A DNA stretch of 64,000 nt from Minisyncoccota bacterium (GTDB lineage: Bacteria; Patescibacteriota; Minisyncoccia; Phycocordibacterales; Phycocordibacteraceae): positions 282,173-346,172 of the forward strand of contig JAGORR010000001.1 in NCBI GenBank assembly GCA_018062765.1, given 5' to 3'. Made by a program: the position numbers and the translations under genes. This document shows, piece by piece, positions 47,562 to 57,300 of this stretch; the first letter of the stretch is position 1, and the number at the start of each line of letters is the position of its first letter. The notes under the pieces were generated by a model, which saw only the letters and a list, made by a program, of their open reading frames with translations, had not been told where the DNA came from and did no database searches.

Positions 47562-48071
47562 CTAGCCGACACGGACCTTGAGTTTGGTCTGCTTAGCCTT
47601 ATCGTGTTTCGGCAACACGATGGAAAGAAGCCCCTCCTTGGCGTTTGCCGATGAGTTCTCGACATCTATCTCCTGGGGAAGCAGTATGGTGCGGGAGAAT
47701 GAGCCCCAAAAGAGTTCGCGTGTGAAGTAGTCCGCGTCCATGACCTGGTCTCGTTCTTCGCGCGAGCCCTCGATGACTACCATATCGCGGCTGATCGATA
47801 CATTGAGGTCGTCAGCGCGTACCCCTGCGACGAACGCGCGTATGACGATGTCGGATGCGGTCTGGTAGACATCTACCGGAAGCTGACCCTCGGTGGCTGC
47901 AGAGTCGTCCTCGTATATGGCGCTACGTGCTGCAGCAGCTGCTGCAGATACAGGCGCATTATCGCGCCTCACACGCTCGGTGGGGAGGTCGTCGTCGAAC
48001 GAGTCGTAGTCCGAAGCTTGAGAGGCGCCGGAGAGTCGTTCGAAGAAGGAGCGTTTTTTGTTGATTGCCAT
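47562..48071 (-). CDS. Hsp20/alpha-crystallin family small heat-shock protein
   Basis: ...PVDVYQTASDIVIRAFVAGVRADDLNVSI...GLLSIVLPK (ACD with the conserved G-x-L motif). Confidence 0.8.
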   Translation of the reverse strand: MAINKKRSFFERLSGASQASDYDSFDDDLPTERVRRDNAPVSAAAAAARSAIYEDDSAATEGQLPVDVYQTASDIVIRAFVAGVRADDLNVSISRDMVVIEGSREERDQVMDADYFTRELFWGSFSRTILLPQEIDVENSSANAKEGLLSIVLPKHDKAKQTKLKVRVG

Positions 48072-48073
48072 TG

Positions 48074-48772
48074 CTAACGAGGTTTCCTTGATAATTGGCG
48101 GGCTTGGTACCGGAGCACTTCCATCAAGGCGAGGACGACGACGACGCCGGTCCACACGAAGAAGAAGGCTGCTACGGTCTCGTTGCCGTCTTTAGAGATT
48201 ATAAGGAGGTTGAAAAGGGCATGCAACGAGCTTGCAAGGACAAGTCCGAGCGCAGTTGCAATAACGCGGAAACTCCAGGGCTTTTTATATGAGAATGCGA
48301 GCGCGAATCCGATTAAGGCAGAGGCAAATACGTGGAGCAGGGTTGAGCCGATGAAGCGCAGGTTCCCGGTCAAAAAGCCCGCCATTATCTCGCCACCCGT
48401 GAATGGTGAAAGTACGAAAAGCACATTCTCGAAGGCAGCGAACCCGAGTCCGATGACGATGAGGTAGATGACATAGTCGATGGGTTCATCGACCCACTTT
48501 CGCCAGAGGATGAGCGCCGCAGCAGCAGCGTACTTCACTACCTCTTCTATGACCGCCCACGCGAATATGACGGAGGTCATCATGGTGAGACGCGCCTGTG
48601 CCATCTGCTCAAGCGGAAGCGCGACGAGGACGGAGAGCGCGCCCGCAAGGAACGCGAGCGCGATGATGCGCTTGGGTTCTGGGTGCGGCGCATCCTCTTG
48701 CAAAAGGAGGAATAGCCAGATAAGGGCTGGCAGGAAGCCGATAGCAAACGCAAGCGCGATAGAAGTTATCAC
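48074..48772 (-). CDS. PrsW-family intramembrane protease-like protein
   Basis: Polytopic. Motifs EEVVKY (EExxK), FAAFEN (FxxxE), LLHVFASALIG (HxxxS/N region). Confidence 0.6.
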   Translation of the reverse strand: MITSIALAFAIGFLPALIWLFLLLQEDAPHPEPKRIIALAFLAGALSVLVALPLEQMAQARLTMMTSVIFAWAVIEEVVKYAAAAALILWRKWVDEPIDYVIYLIVIGLGFAAFENVLFVLSPFTGGEIMAGFLTGNLRFIGSTLLHVFASALIGFALAFSYKKPWSFRVIATALGLVLASSLHALFNLLIISKDGNETVAAFFFVWTGVVVVLALMEVLRYQARQLSRKPR

Positions 48773-48891
48773 GCTTTAAGTGTATCAGGATTCCGCTCGC
48801 CTATTCCGCCCTGAAAGTACGTTTCGCTACGCTGCACTCGGCGATTTCAAACCTTTCAGAACGAAATAGGACTCGCTCCAAGTGAAGAGCA

Positions 48892-51075
48892 TTACGCCTT
48901 CGGCCACTTTGCGACCATGAGGAATTTCGCGTCCTTGCCCGGATGGTGCTGCCAGATTTCCTCTGTCACAAACGGCATGAAGGGATGAAGGGCGCGCAGG
49001 GACGCATCAAGGAGCGCATGAAGAAGAGTCTGACGCGATGTTATCGCATCTATATCACCACTCAGGAATATCGGCTTCGATTCTTCAAGAATCTTGTCCG
49101 CGAGCTCATGCCAGACATAGTGATAGAGCTTCTCGCCTGCAAGGTAGTACCGGTACTCGTTCATATCCTTCGTGACGTCCTCGAGTATGGCCGCGAATGC
49201 CTTGCGATGCGTCTCATCCGTTCCGTTTAGCAGGATCGTGCTATCTACATGGCCTTCATTCTCATATACGAATCGGGCGATGTTCCAGAGCTTGTTCGCG
49301 AAATTCTTATATCCCTTCACCTTGCTCTCGTCGAAGCGGATGTCGTTCCCGATAGCGGTGCCGATCAAAAGGCCCATACGGAGCGCGTCCGCGCCGTACT
49401 TATCTATCATCTCGATAGGATCGACACCGTTACCGAGCGACTTGCTGAATTTCTGGCCCTTGGAGTCTCGCACGAGGCCATGGATATAAACGGTACGGAA
49501 TGGCGCCTGTCCGAGCAAGAATCCGCTCATGAGTATCATGCGCGATACCCACAGCGGTAGTATCTCGTACGCAGGAGACATGAAAGAGGTCGGATGGAAG
49601 CGCGCAAGGTCCTCCGACTTGTCTGGCCAGCCGAGCGTAGAAAACGTCCAGAGCGCGGAGGAGAACCATGTATCAAGCACGTCCGGGTCCTGCTCGAAGC
49701 CCTCGCCAGGCGATGTCTCGCTCACGACGATGTTGTCGCCGTTGTACCAGACCGGAATGCGATGGCCGAACCATATCTGGCGACTGATGCACCAATCGCG
49801 CAGATTATCTATCCAGTGAAAGTAGATCTTGCGGAAATTCTCCTGCGGGAAGGTCACTTCGCCGCTTTCAACCGATGCGCGCATCATTGCCTTCAGGGTC
49901 GTCTGGCTTCCGGAATCGATGCCGGGTATCTCGGAATAGGGAATGGTAAACGGCTTATCGACCGCGACGAACCACTGGAGCTTCGGTAAGGGCTCGATAA
50001 CGCCGCCCGTGCGCTCTGCGGTCGCAACGTTCTGGGTAATGTCCTCCGATTTCTCCAGGAGGCCTTCTTCGGCAAGCCACTCCGCTACCTTCTCCCTTGC
50101 TTCCGCTACCTTGAGGCCCGAAAGGCGACCCTCGACTGTCATCTTGGCGTATTCGCTTATGACCTGAGGACGCGGCAGGTCATTCCGGTCGGCGATCATC
50201 CAGTCGATCATGCTGTGCGCTGGGGTGACGCCCAAGGCACCCGTGCCGAACTCAGGGTCTACCTCGCGGTCAGCCACTATCTTTATATGGAGCGGCACGT
50301 CGCAGAACACGACGTCGTACTCCTTGCCAACGAATTCTTTATATCGAGCGTCGTCCGGATGCACCGCGACCGCGGTGTCGCCTACCTTCGTCTCAAGCCG
50401 CGTGGTCGCTATGGCGATGGGGAAGTCCTTCGAGTAGCGGAACGTGTGGAGCTTCGCCTGACGCTCCTCATGAACAATTTCATCATCCGATATGGTCGTC
50501 TGACCCTTCGGGTCCCAGTTGACGATACGATTGCCGCGGTAGATAAGCCCGGCGTCATACATGCGCTTGAATGCCTCGAAGACCGCGTGGTTGCGCTTGT
50601 CGTCGAGCGTAAACGCGTAGCGCGACCAGTCGAGCGATGCCCCCATGCGTCGCACCTGCGAAAGTATCGTGCTCTCGCTCTCTTTGGCGAATGCGAGGAC
50701 CCGTCGAACGAGCTCCTCCCGGCCGATATCATGCCGTGACTTACCTTCCTCTTTCTGGATATTCTTCTCGACGCGCGCCTGCGTCGCTATCGCCGCAGAG
50801 TCGCTACCTGGTACCCAGAGCGCGCGCTTTCCGCGCATGCGCTGATAGCGGACGACTGCGTCCTGCAGGGAATCCTCGTACGCGTGTCCGAGATGCAGTA
50901 CGCCGGTGACATTCGGCGGAGGCAAGGTGACTACGAACGGTTCCGTCCTATCGCCCGGGAGGTTATCCGGGTTGAAGTACCCGCTCGCTTCCCACGCCTC
51001 ATACAGGCGACCTTCGGTCGCTTGCGGGTTATAGGGGGCCTTGAACTTCTCATCCATTACTCTCGAATATAGCAA
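48892..51075 (-). CDS. valS: Valyl-tRNA synthetase (short form, 727 aa, apparently lacking the C-terminal coiled-coil)
   Basis: PPPNVTGVLHLGHA (HIGH), KFSKSLGN (KMSKS), CP1 editing-domain region. Confidence 0.85.
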   Translation of the reverse strand: MLYSRVMDEKFKAPYNPQATEGRLYEAWEASGYFNPDNLPGDRTEPFVVTLPPPNVTGVLHLGHAYEDSLQDAVVRYQRMRGKRALWVPGSDSAAIATQARVEKNIQKEEGKSRHDIGREELVRRVLAFAKESESTILSQVRRMGASLDWSRYAFTLDDKRNHAVFEAFKRMYDAGLIYRGNRIVNWDPKGQTTISDDEIVHEERQAKLHTFRYSKDFPIAIATTRLETKVGDTAVAVHPDDARYKEFVGKEYDVVFCDVPLHIKIVADREVDPEFGTGALGVTPAHSMIDWMIADRNDLPRPQVISEYAKMTVEGRLSGLKVAEAREKVAEWLAEEGLLEKSEDITQNVATAERTGGVIEPLPKLQWFVAVDKPFTIPYSEIPGIDSGSQTTLKAMMRASVESGEVTFPQENFRKIYFHWIDNLRDWCISRQIWFGHRIPVWYNGDNIVVSETSPGEGFEQDPDVLDTWFSSALWTFSTLGWPDKSEDLARFHPTSFMSPAYEILPLWVSRMILMSGFLLGQAPFRTVYIHGLVRDSKGQKFSKSLGNGVDPIEMIDKYGADALRMGLLIGTAIGNDIRFDESKVKGYKNFANKLWNIARFVYENEGHVDSTILLNGTDETHRKAFAAILEDVTKDMNEYRYYLAGEKLYHYVWHELADKILEESKPIFLSGDIDAITSRQTLLHALLDASLRALHPFMPFVTEEIWQHHPGKDAKFLMVAKWPKA

Positions 51076-51125
51076 ATAGGCGGTATACGTGGTACTTTCC
51101 GCGAAGACAAGAGGAGGACCAAGTC

Positions 51126-51377
51126 ATGAAGGTACGAGAAGTCCCGCCCGGAATGCATTTTGCGTCCGCGGAATACGTTACCCCGGAAGGGAAAAGCATC
51201 CCGCTCTACAAATCGCACGACGGCAGGTATTACGAGGTGTGGTTTGGCGACAGCATGACATATCACTATCTGACACCTGTCAGCCCTCCGGAACTTGCTA
51301 ATGCGATCATTCTGAATCTCCACCTATTCGGGCACGACTCGAATCCCGAACTTGCCTGCAAAGACAGGGCGAGATAA
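51126..51377 (+). CDS. Hypothetical small protein (83 aa)
   Basis: AAGAGGAGG SD 7 nt upstream. Terminator downstream. Confidence 0.5.
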   Translation: MKVREVPPGMHFASAEYVTPEGKSIPLYKSHDGRYYEVWFGDSMTYHYLTPVSPPELANAIILNLHLFGHDSNPELACKDRAR

Positions 51378-51381
51378 CACA

Positions 51382-51415
51382 GCGCGCACCGCATCGGTGC
51401 GCGCTCGACTTTTAT
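51382..51415. terminator. Intrinsic terminator (hairpin + T-tract). Overlaps the convergent tsaD stop.
   Basis: gcgcgcaccgcatcggtgcgcgctcgacttttat. Confidence 0.6.
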
Positions 51416-52572
51416 GCGAGAGACAGATTGCCGTCTGCAGCAAGGGTTTCCGGGTCAGCGTACTCCTTGCGAATGATGCGGTAGAAACAAGCGATAGCGA
51501 TCATTACGGCGTTATCGCCGGTAAGGCTTGCATGCGGTATGAAAAGGGAGACGTCCGGATGGTGCTCTTCGATGAGCTTGTCGAATACGCGGCGGATATG
51601 AATGTTCGCGGACACTCCGCCGCCTATCGCGAGTGTTGCGGCACCAGTTCTGTCGATAGCGTGCGATGTCTTCTTCGCGAGTACCTCGCCCACCGCTTCC
51701 TCAAACGCATAGGCAACATGCTTTGGGTCGGTTTCGGACGCTCCTTTGAGGAGATACAAAACGGCTGTCTTAAGACCCGCAAACGAGAAGTCATGATTCC
51801 CTGAGTCGAGCATGGGGCGGGGGAGCGAGAGTGTATCTGTGAGCTTCTCTTCGCGCGCGGCTTCTGCGAGTTTCGAAATTTCAGGGCCTCCTGGGTAGGG
51901 AAGTACGAGCATGCGCGCTACTTTGTCATACGCCTCCCCGACTGCGTCATCGCGTGTTCGGCCTATAAGCTCATACTCACCCCACGCTTTCATGAGGACC
52001 AATTCCGTGTGGCCGCCGGATATAAGGAGCGCAAGTACCGGGAGTTTCGGTTCATGTATCGAAAGCGCATTATCGGAATCTTTCGTCGCAAGCGCGGAAA
52101 GCAAGTGTCCTTCCATATGGTTTACGCCGACTATCGGTACATTCCATGCGAGTGCGAGCGCCTTCGCGAAATTAACTCCGACCCAGAGCGCGGGCGCGAG
52201 TCCCGGGCCGTGCGTCACTGCAATTGCATTGAGCTCAGGTTCTCCATGAGTCTCAAGATATGCGATAAGTGCGTCAGCGAGCCCGACCTCACGCGCAAGC
52301 AGTGCGTGGATTTCCTCCAATGTTTTTTCATTTACAACGGTTCGTCCAGGCGCATTAGAAGCAAGAGCCGTGTCGAGGACGGCGACAAGGTTCTTGGCGT
52401 GTTCGCGCTTCGCGACCGCAGGGTACACACCGCCGTATTGCTTATGGATATCTATCTGAGAGAGAAGACCGTTCCCGAGTATAGAAAAATCAGCTGAGGA
52501 TTCATCTCCTCGAGCTTCGACGTATGCTATCGCCGTCTCGTCGCACGATGTCTCAATCGCGAGAATCTTCAT
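51412..52572 (-). CDS. tsaD: tRNA N6-adenosine threonylcarbamoyltransferase TsaD (Kae1/Qri7 family)
   Basis: MKILAIETSCDETAIA...HMEGH...GGGVSAN. The ORF extends upstream to 52854 but the N-terminal 94 aa look non-coding, so the start was set at MKILAIETS. Confidence 0.85.
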   Translation of the reverse strand: MKILAIETSCDETAIAYVEARGDESSADFSILGNGLLSQIDIHKQYGGVYPAVAKREHAKNLVAVLDTALASNAPGRTVVNEKTLEEIHALLAREVGLADALIAYLETHGEPELNAIAVTHGPGLAPALWVGVNFAKALALAWNVPIVGVNHMEGHLLSALATKDSDNALSIHEPKLPVLALLISGGHTELVLMKAWGEYELIGRTRDDAVGEAYDKVARMLVLPYPGGPEISKLAEAAREEKLTDTLSLPRPMLDSGNHDFSFAGLKTAVLYLLKGASETDPKHVAYAFEEAVGEVLAKKTSHAIDRTGAATLAIGGGVSANIHIRRVFDKLIEEHHPDVSLFIPHASLTGDNAVMIAIACFYRIIRKEYADPETLAADGNLSLA

Positions 52573-53404
52573 CCTTTTCAATTGGCGTCCACGGGATAGG
52601 AGTGCCCCACGGGAGTGAGAAGCCTGCGGCTGAAGGATGACCGTTGCCGCCGAACTTCCTCGCGATTTCCGCGACATCCACCGAACCATCGCCACGTATT
52701 CCGACACGAATTCCGTCCGGACGTACCTGCCCGACAAGCGCCAAGGGTCCCTTCTTCTTTGCGAGGTGGTTACCGACGTCCGAGACGAACGCGCTCGAAG
52801 CTGAAGCAAGGTATATCTCGTAGCCTTCAAATGAAACGAGTTCCGCAGAATCAATCATCTGGGACGCGAGGATGCCGTAATGCTCGCGATAGGTAGCGCC
52901 GAGCGATATTGCCGCAGCGAGTCCTTTTGAATCCTCTAGCTCAGCGACAAGGGCATCCCATGATTCGAAACTAAGTGGCTTAGTGTGTATGTAGGCGAGA
53001 AGTGCACGGGAGTCAGGAAGTGTGTGGCGATAGAGGTCGCCATCCTCGATGTAAGAGAGCAGGGTCGGCACCTTCGTATCAGGATGGAAATACTGCCAAC
53101 CAAGTACCGCTCCCGAATGGTCATTATCGAAGTGTCCCTTGGGGAATGATTTCACCACCTCGCTTGTTCCCAGGTGGTGGTCGAGAATGGTGAGTGATGC
53201 GGCGTCAGCAGCAATAGCGTCCATTACATCCTTCGGGTAGCAGAAGTCGATGAAGTAGAGGTCGTTGCCAGGCTCTACTACAACCGGCTCCTTGCCGTGC
53301 TTGAGGGGAATGTACTCCGCAGAATCACCGAATTTCTTCCAGGCACTGTAGGCACCCCCGAATCCGTCGGGGCAGTGGCCGTGGAAGAGGATGATGGTCT
53401 TCAT
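52553..53404 (-). CDS. DHH-family phosphoesterase (NrnA-like oligoribonuclease/pAp phosphatase)
   Basis: ILFHGHCPDGFGGA, DHH (ILDHHLG), DHHA1 GGNGHPSAAGF. Confidence 0.75.
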   Translation of the reverse strand: MKTIILFHGHCPDGFGGAYSAWKKFGDSAEYIPLKHGKEPVVVEPGNDLYFIDFCYPKDVMDAIAADAASLTILDHHLGTSEVVKSFPKGHFDNDHSGAVLGWQYFHPDTKVPTLLSYIEDGDLYRHTLPDSRALLAYIHTKPLSFESWDALVAELEDSKGLAAAISLGATYREHYGILASQMIDSAELVSFEGYEIYLASASSAFVSDVGNHLAKKKGPLALVGQVRPDGIRVGIRGDGSVDVAEIARKFGGNGHPSAAGFSLPWGTPIPWTPIEKDEDSRD

Positions 53405-53441
53405 ACGCTTATATATAGCGTTTATGAGGGCTTTTATCCAT

Positions 53442-54212
53442 ATGGTAGGCTCATCGCATATGGAACCAATAATCATCGCCGGCGTCGTTGTCCTTGCGAT
53501 TATCATTATTAGCATCCGTCAAATTAACCAGTACGAGCGTGGTGTGAAGTTCACACTCGGTAAATACACGGGAATGATGGAGCCCGGCTGGCGGCTCGTA
53601 TTCCCTGTAATCCAGTTCTACCGAAAGGTGGACATCCGCACGAAGGCGGTCGACGTCCCTGACCAGAACGCTATTACGCGCGACAATGTTTCGGTGAAGG
53701 TTAATGCCGTCATCTACTACCAAGTCTCTTCTGCAGAGCGCGCGGTACTCGCGGTCGAGGACTTTATGTATGCCATATCGCAATACGCGCAGACTACGAT
53801 GCGCAACATCATAGGGTCAGTCTCCCTCGATGAGCTCTTAGCTAACCGTGACGAAATCGCCGATCGCATCCGCGAGATTGTCGACAAGGAGACTGACGCC
53901 TGGGGCATAAAGGTGCAGAATGTCGAGCTGAAGGATGTCGCGCTTCCCCCTGACATGGAGCGCACCATCGCCAAGCAGGCGGAAGCAGAGCGCGAGAAGC
54001 GCGCTGTTATCATCACGTCCGAGGGAGAGCTTGCAGCGTCGAAGAACATGGCGGAGGCCGCGCGCATGCTTGCAGAAGCGCCTGGCGCTCTCCACCTGCG
54101 TACGCTTCAGGCCATGAACGACATCTCCTCGGATCAGTCGAACACCATTGTGTTCACACTTCCGATGGAGCTTCTAAAGGCGTTTGAGGGCTACGCGAAG
54201 AAGAATCAATAG
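53442..54212 (+). CDS. SPFH/Band-7 (stomatin-like) membrane protein
   Basis: N-terminal TM, SPFH core (...NVSVKVNAVIYYQV...IKVQNVELKDVALP...), coiled-coil tail. Confidence 0.8.
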   Translation: MVGSSHMEPIIIAGVVVLAIIIISIRQINQYERGVKFTLGKYTGMMEPGWRLVFPVIQFYRKVDIRTKAVDVPDQNAITRDNVSVKVNAVIYYQVSSAERAVLAVEDFMYAISQYAQTTMRNIIGSVSLDELLANRDEIADRIREIVDKETDAWGIKVQNVELKDVALPPDMERTIAKQAEAEREKRAVIITSEGELAASKNMAEAARMLAEAPGALHLRTLQAMNDISSDQSNTIVFTLPMELLKAFEGYAKKNQ

Positions 54213-55076
54213 CTAGCGCGAGAAGCGCGCGAAGATGCCGGCCGGTACGACTCTGTCGCCGGCCGTTTCGCGTATCTGGAGTTCACCGTACTCGCCGCCT
54301 TGCGCGTCGAATACGCCCTCGACGAGTTGGCGGAAAGAGTCAGGTGCGTATCCTGCGGCGTACCCGCTCACCAAGAAGAACGCGCCCGGAGTATCTGAGA
54401 GGAGTTCTTTGAGGGTCGTCATCAGCTCCGGCAAGTTCTCCTCGATGTGCCAGACCTCGCCCTTAGCGCCGCGGCCGAATGCCGGTGGGTCGAGGATAAT
54501 GCCATCGTATTTCTGTCCGCGCCTCACTTCGCGCTTTGCGAATGCGAGAGCGTCATCAAGGAGATAGCGGATAGCGTCATCCGGAAGCTCTGACGCGGCT
54601 GCGTTTTCGCGCACCCATCCGACCGCCTGCTTGGAGGCGTCGACGTGCGTAACTTTTGCGCCGGCCTTGGCGGCGAGGACGGAAGCGATACCGGTATATC
54701 CGAACAGATTCAATACGGAAGCGTTCTCCGGAAGCGCTGCGATGCGATCGTTCGTCCAGACCCAATTGGGTCCCTGCTCCGGAAAGACGCCGGTGTGCTT
54801 GAACGAGGTAAGACGTGCGACGAACGTACCGCCTGAAAGTGCGACCTGCCAGGAGTCCGGCATTTGCTTCCTGACCGTCCAGGAGCCTTTGTTCTCGCTC
54901 CAGGAGAATTCCGCATGGGCCTCGTTCCATCGCTCAGGCTTCTGCTTCGGCCATATCGCCTGCGTTTCCGGGCGCGCGACGACGATGTCGCCGTACCGCT
55001 CGAGCTTCATGTTCTCGCCCGAGTCGATAAGCTCGTATCCTTCGCTCGCCTCCGTAATGAGATCGCGGCGCTCCAT
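54213..55076 (-). CDS. Class I SAM-dependent RNA methyltransferase (RlmI/RlmK-like core without PUA)
   Basis: LNLFGYTGIASVLAA (motif I)...ILDPPAF (motif IV DPP). Confidence 0.6.
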   Translation of the reverse strand: MERRDLITEASEGYELIDSGENMKLERYGDIVVARPETQAIWPKQKPERWNEAHAEFSWSENKGSWTVRKQMPDSWQVALSGGTFVARLTSFKHTGVFPEQGPNWVWTNDRIAALPENASVLNLFGYTGIASVLAAKAGAKVTHVDASKQAVGWVRENAAASELPDDAIRYLLDDALAFAKREVRRGQKYDGIILDPPAFGRGAKGEVWHIEENLPELMTTLKELLSDTPGAFFLVSGYAAGYAPDSFRQLVEGVFDAQGGEYGELQIRETAGDRVVPAGIFARFSR

Positions 55077-55078
55077 AC

Positions 55079-55864
55079 CTATATAGTAAGCGCCTCAGGG
55101 TGCTTTCCGCTCCACGCATGAAAGACAAGCGCGGCAGATACGGCAGCATTCAGGGACTCAGTGCGCGGATGCATCGGTATAGAAAGGTTGATGTCGCAAA
55201 GCTCCAAGGTCTTCTCGCGTATACCGGCGCCCTCGTTTCCGATGACGAATGCGGCAGGTGCGTCGAACTTTTCGTCAGAGAGCACGACCGTTCCTTCCAT
55301 ATCAAGGCCGTATACCCAGAAGCCAGCGTCCTTTAGCTTTCGCAGGGTATCGTTCACGTTCCCGATGGAGACAAGCGGGATGCGGAATGCCATTCCGGCA
55401 GATGTTTTCACAACAGTGCCAGTGATCCCTGCCTGGTTGTGGGTCGGGATGAGGACCGCCGAAAGGCCAAACGCGGCAGCGGAGCGGATGATGGCGCCTA
55501 CATTATGCGGGTCCTGGACTTCGCCAAGCACCGCAACCGCAGGATTCTTGCTCTTGTCGACCGTCGCGAGGAACTCCTCGAGCGTGATGAGAAGTTTCCC
55601 GGGATCGATGATGGCTATGACGCCCTGATGCACGGCGTCGCGCCCGACGAGGTCGTCCGCGCCACCACGCCCAAGCTCTGAAACCGGAATGTTATTTGCG
55701 CGGAGTGCATCAGAAAGGGAGGTGTCCTGAATCTCGGGCGCGAGGAACACCTTCTTGAGGATATGTGGAACCTGCACCAGCGCTTCTTCAAGAGCGTGGC
55801 GTCCGTATATGTAAACTTTGTCGCTACCTGCGTGCGACTTTTTGCGATGGGGTCGTGATTTCAT
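55079..55864 (-). CDS. TrmH/SpoU-family RNA 2'-O-methyltransferase (RlmB-like)
   Basis: SpoU_sub_bind-like N-domain, then ...DPHNVGAIIRSAAAFG...GNEGAGI...SLNAAVSAAL. Confidence 0.8.
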   Translation of the reverse strand: MKSRPHRKKSHAGSDKVYIYGRHALEEALVQVPHILKKVFLAPEIQDTSLSDALRANNIPVSELGRGGADDLVGRDAVHQGVIAIIDPGKLLITLEEFLATVDKSKNPAVAVLGEVQDPHNVGAIIRSAAAFGLSAVLIPTHNQAGITGTVVKTSAGMAFRIPLVSIGNVNDTLRKLKDAGFWVYGLDMEGTVVLSDEKFDAPAAFVIGNEGAGIREKTLELCDINLSIPMHPRTESLNAAVSAALVFHAWSGKHPEALTI

Positions 55865-56093
55865 GTGTAGATAGTATGGCAGATGAAAAGGATTGCTGGC
55901 TTTCAAATCCAGGGCTTGGCCAAGCGCTCGTATCGTCGTCACACAATTCTTGTGTGGTCACGGTTTTCGGCTATATTCGTCCAAGCATTCCGAATCTAGC
56001 TCGCAACCCCGACCCGGCCTCGCCCGTCGCTCCGCGACATGGCTCCGGCTCGCACCAAGCAAGAAATCCTGACGCAAGTCAGGATTCCTGTCT

Positions 56094-56169
56094 TGGTGCG
56101 CGGTATAGGACTTGAACCTATGACCCTCTCAACGTCAATGAGATGCTCTACCAACTGAGCTAACCGCGC
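56094..56169 (-). tRNA. tRNA-Val (anticodon GAC), CCA encoded
   Basis: Minus-strand transcript GCGCGGTTAGCTCAGTTGGTAGAGCATCTCATTGACGTTGAGAGGGTCATAGGTTCAAGTCCTATACCGCGCACCA. Confidence 0.9.
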
Positions 56170-56219
56170 GTTTTGAACGTTCGCAGAATACCCCGTTTTA
56201 GGCTAGTATTCAAGCCGTT

Positions 56220-56840
56220 ATGGAGATACTCAAGGTGTCAGATGTAGGGGTAGTAGCAGCCGCCAGGCGTGCTGCTGCGGTACTCGCGCGTGGCGGGCTA
56301 ATCGTCTATCCGACTGACACTTTGTACGGCATCGGGGTGAATGCGTTAGACGGAGAAGCATTGAATCGCCTGCGAACGCTGAAGGCTCGCGAGGCCAAAA
56401 AGCCCGTCTCAGTACTCGCTTCGTCGGTCGCAGAGATTGAACAGCATGCGGAACTCTCAGAACGCGCACGCGAGATTGCGAAGGCTCATATGCCGGGCGC
56501 TATTACACTCGTGGTCCCCGCGAAGTCGCATATTCCGGAGCATCTGACCTTTAATGGAACGACGAGTTTTCGTATCCCCGACGACGCGTTCGCGCGCGCC
56601 TTGGCCGAAGCGTACGCGCACCCGGTGACAGCGACCTCAGCGAACATGGCAGGGATGGATACGGAAACGACCGTCATGGGCATCGTGCGCCATTTTGCAG
56701 ACGGCATTAAGCATATCGATCTTCTTATCGATGACGGCCCGCGCGAGGGCGGCGTACCATCTACGGTTATTTCAGTCTCAGGCGACGTCGTGCATATCCT
56801 GCGGGAAGGTGTGGTCTCGCGCGAAGCACTAGGTCTTTAA
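56220..56840 (+). CDS. tsaC: L-threonylcarbamoyladenylate synthase TsaC/YrdC
   Basis: ...GGLIVYPTDTLYGIGVNA...KPVSVL...TSAN (YrdC/Sua5 fold motifs). Confidence 0.8.
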   Translation: MEILKVSDVGVVAAARRAAAVLARGGLIVYPTDTLYGIGVNALDGEALNRLRTLKAREAKKPVSVLASSVAEIEQHAELSERAREIAKAHMPGAITLVVPAKSHIPEHLTFNGTTSFRIPDDAFARALAEAYAHPVTATSANMAGMDTETTVMGIVRHFADGIKHIDLLIDDGPREGGVPSTVISVSGDVVHILREGVVSREALGL

Positions 56841-57188
56841 TTCAGGATACATCTCTCGGCGTTTTTCTTTGAGTTGCGCTATGAGCGCTTCGTCTGTGAT
56901 ACGCGCGAAGCGCGGGCGAGTGACACCATTCTTCTCTATGGTTTCCATAAACATCGACAAGGGACGAGCATCGAACAAACGCCCAAGCTTGTAGACAAAT
57001 GCCTCGTATAACGGACGATAGATGACGAGAAATTGATCGCGCTCGTAGGCATCGTCCTCAGTATGATGAGCGACGCCGACGACTTCATATGCGTAGTTGT
57101 TAAACTCGCCCGCAGGATCGTGCTTGTAGTGGTAGTAGAATCCTATTTCCGGAACCGGAGGAAGCTTCGTATGTTTATCTCGGTGCAT
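56829..57188 (-). CDS. Hypothetical protein (DUF1653-like)
   Basis: 119 aa, FYYHYKHDPAG...Y motif. Weak family assignment from memory. Confidence 0.45.
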   Translation of the reverse strand: MHRDKHTKLPPVPEIGFYYHYKHDPAGEFNNYAYEVVGVAHHTEDDAYERDQFLVIYRPLYEAFVYKLGRLFDARPLSMFMETIEKNGVTRPRFARITDEALIAQLKEKRREMYPELKT

Positions 57189-57236
57189 AGCAACAGACTA
57201 TCATCGCGAACTTCACTCCAAGACCGCACTCTCCCT

Positions 57237-57278
57237 ATTGCTCCATCCCGGTGCCTATAGGCACCGGGATGGAGCAAT
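57237..57278. promoter_or_regulatory. Perfect 19-bp inverted repeat with 3-nt loop between two co-directional minus-strand genes
   Basis: attgctccatcccggtgcc tat ggcaccgggatggagcaat. No U-tract follows on either strand. Confidence 0.4.
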
Positions 57279-57300
57279 CTAATTCGAGGTGGTGAGGACC

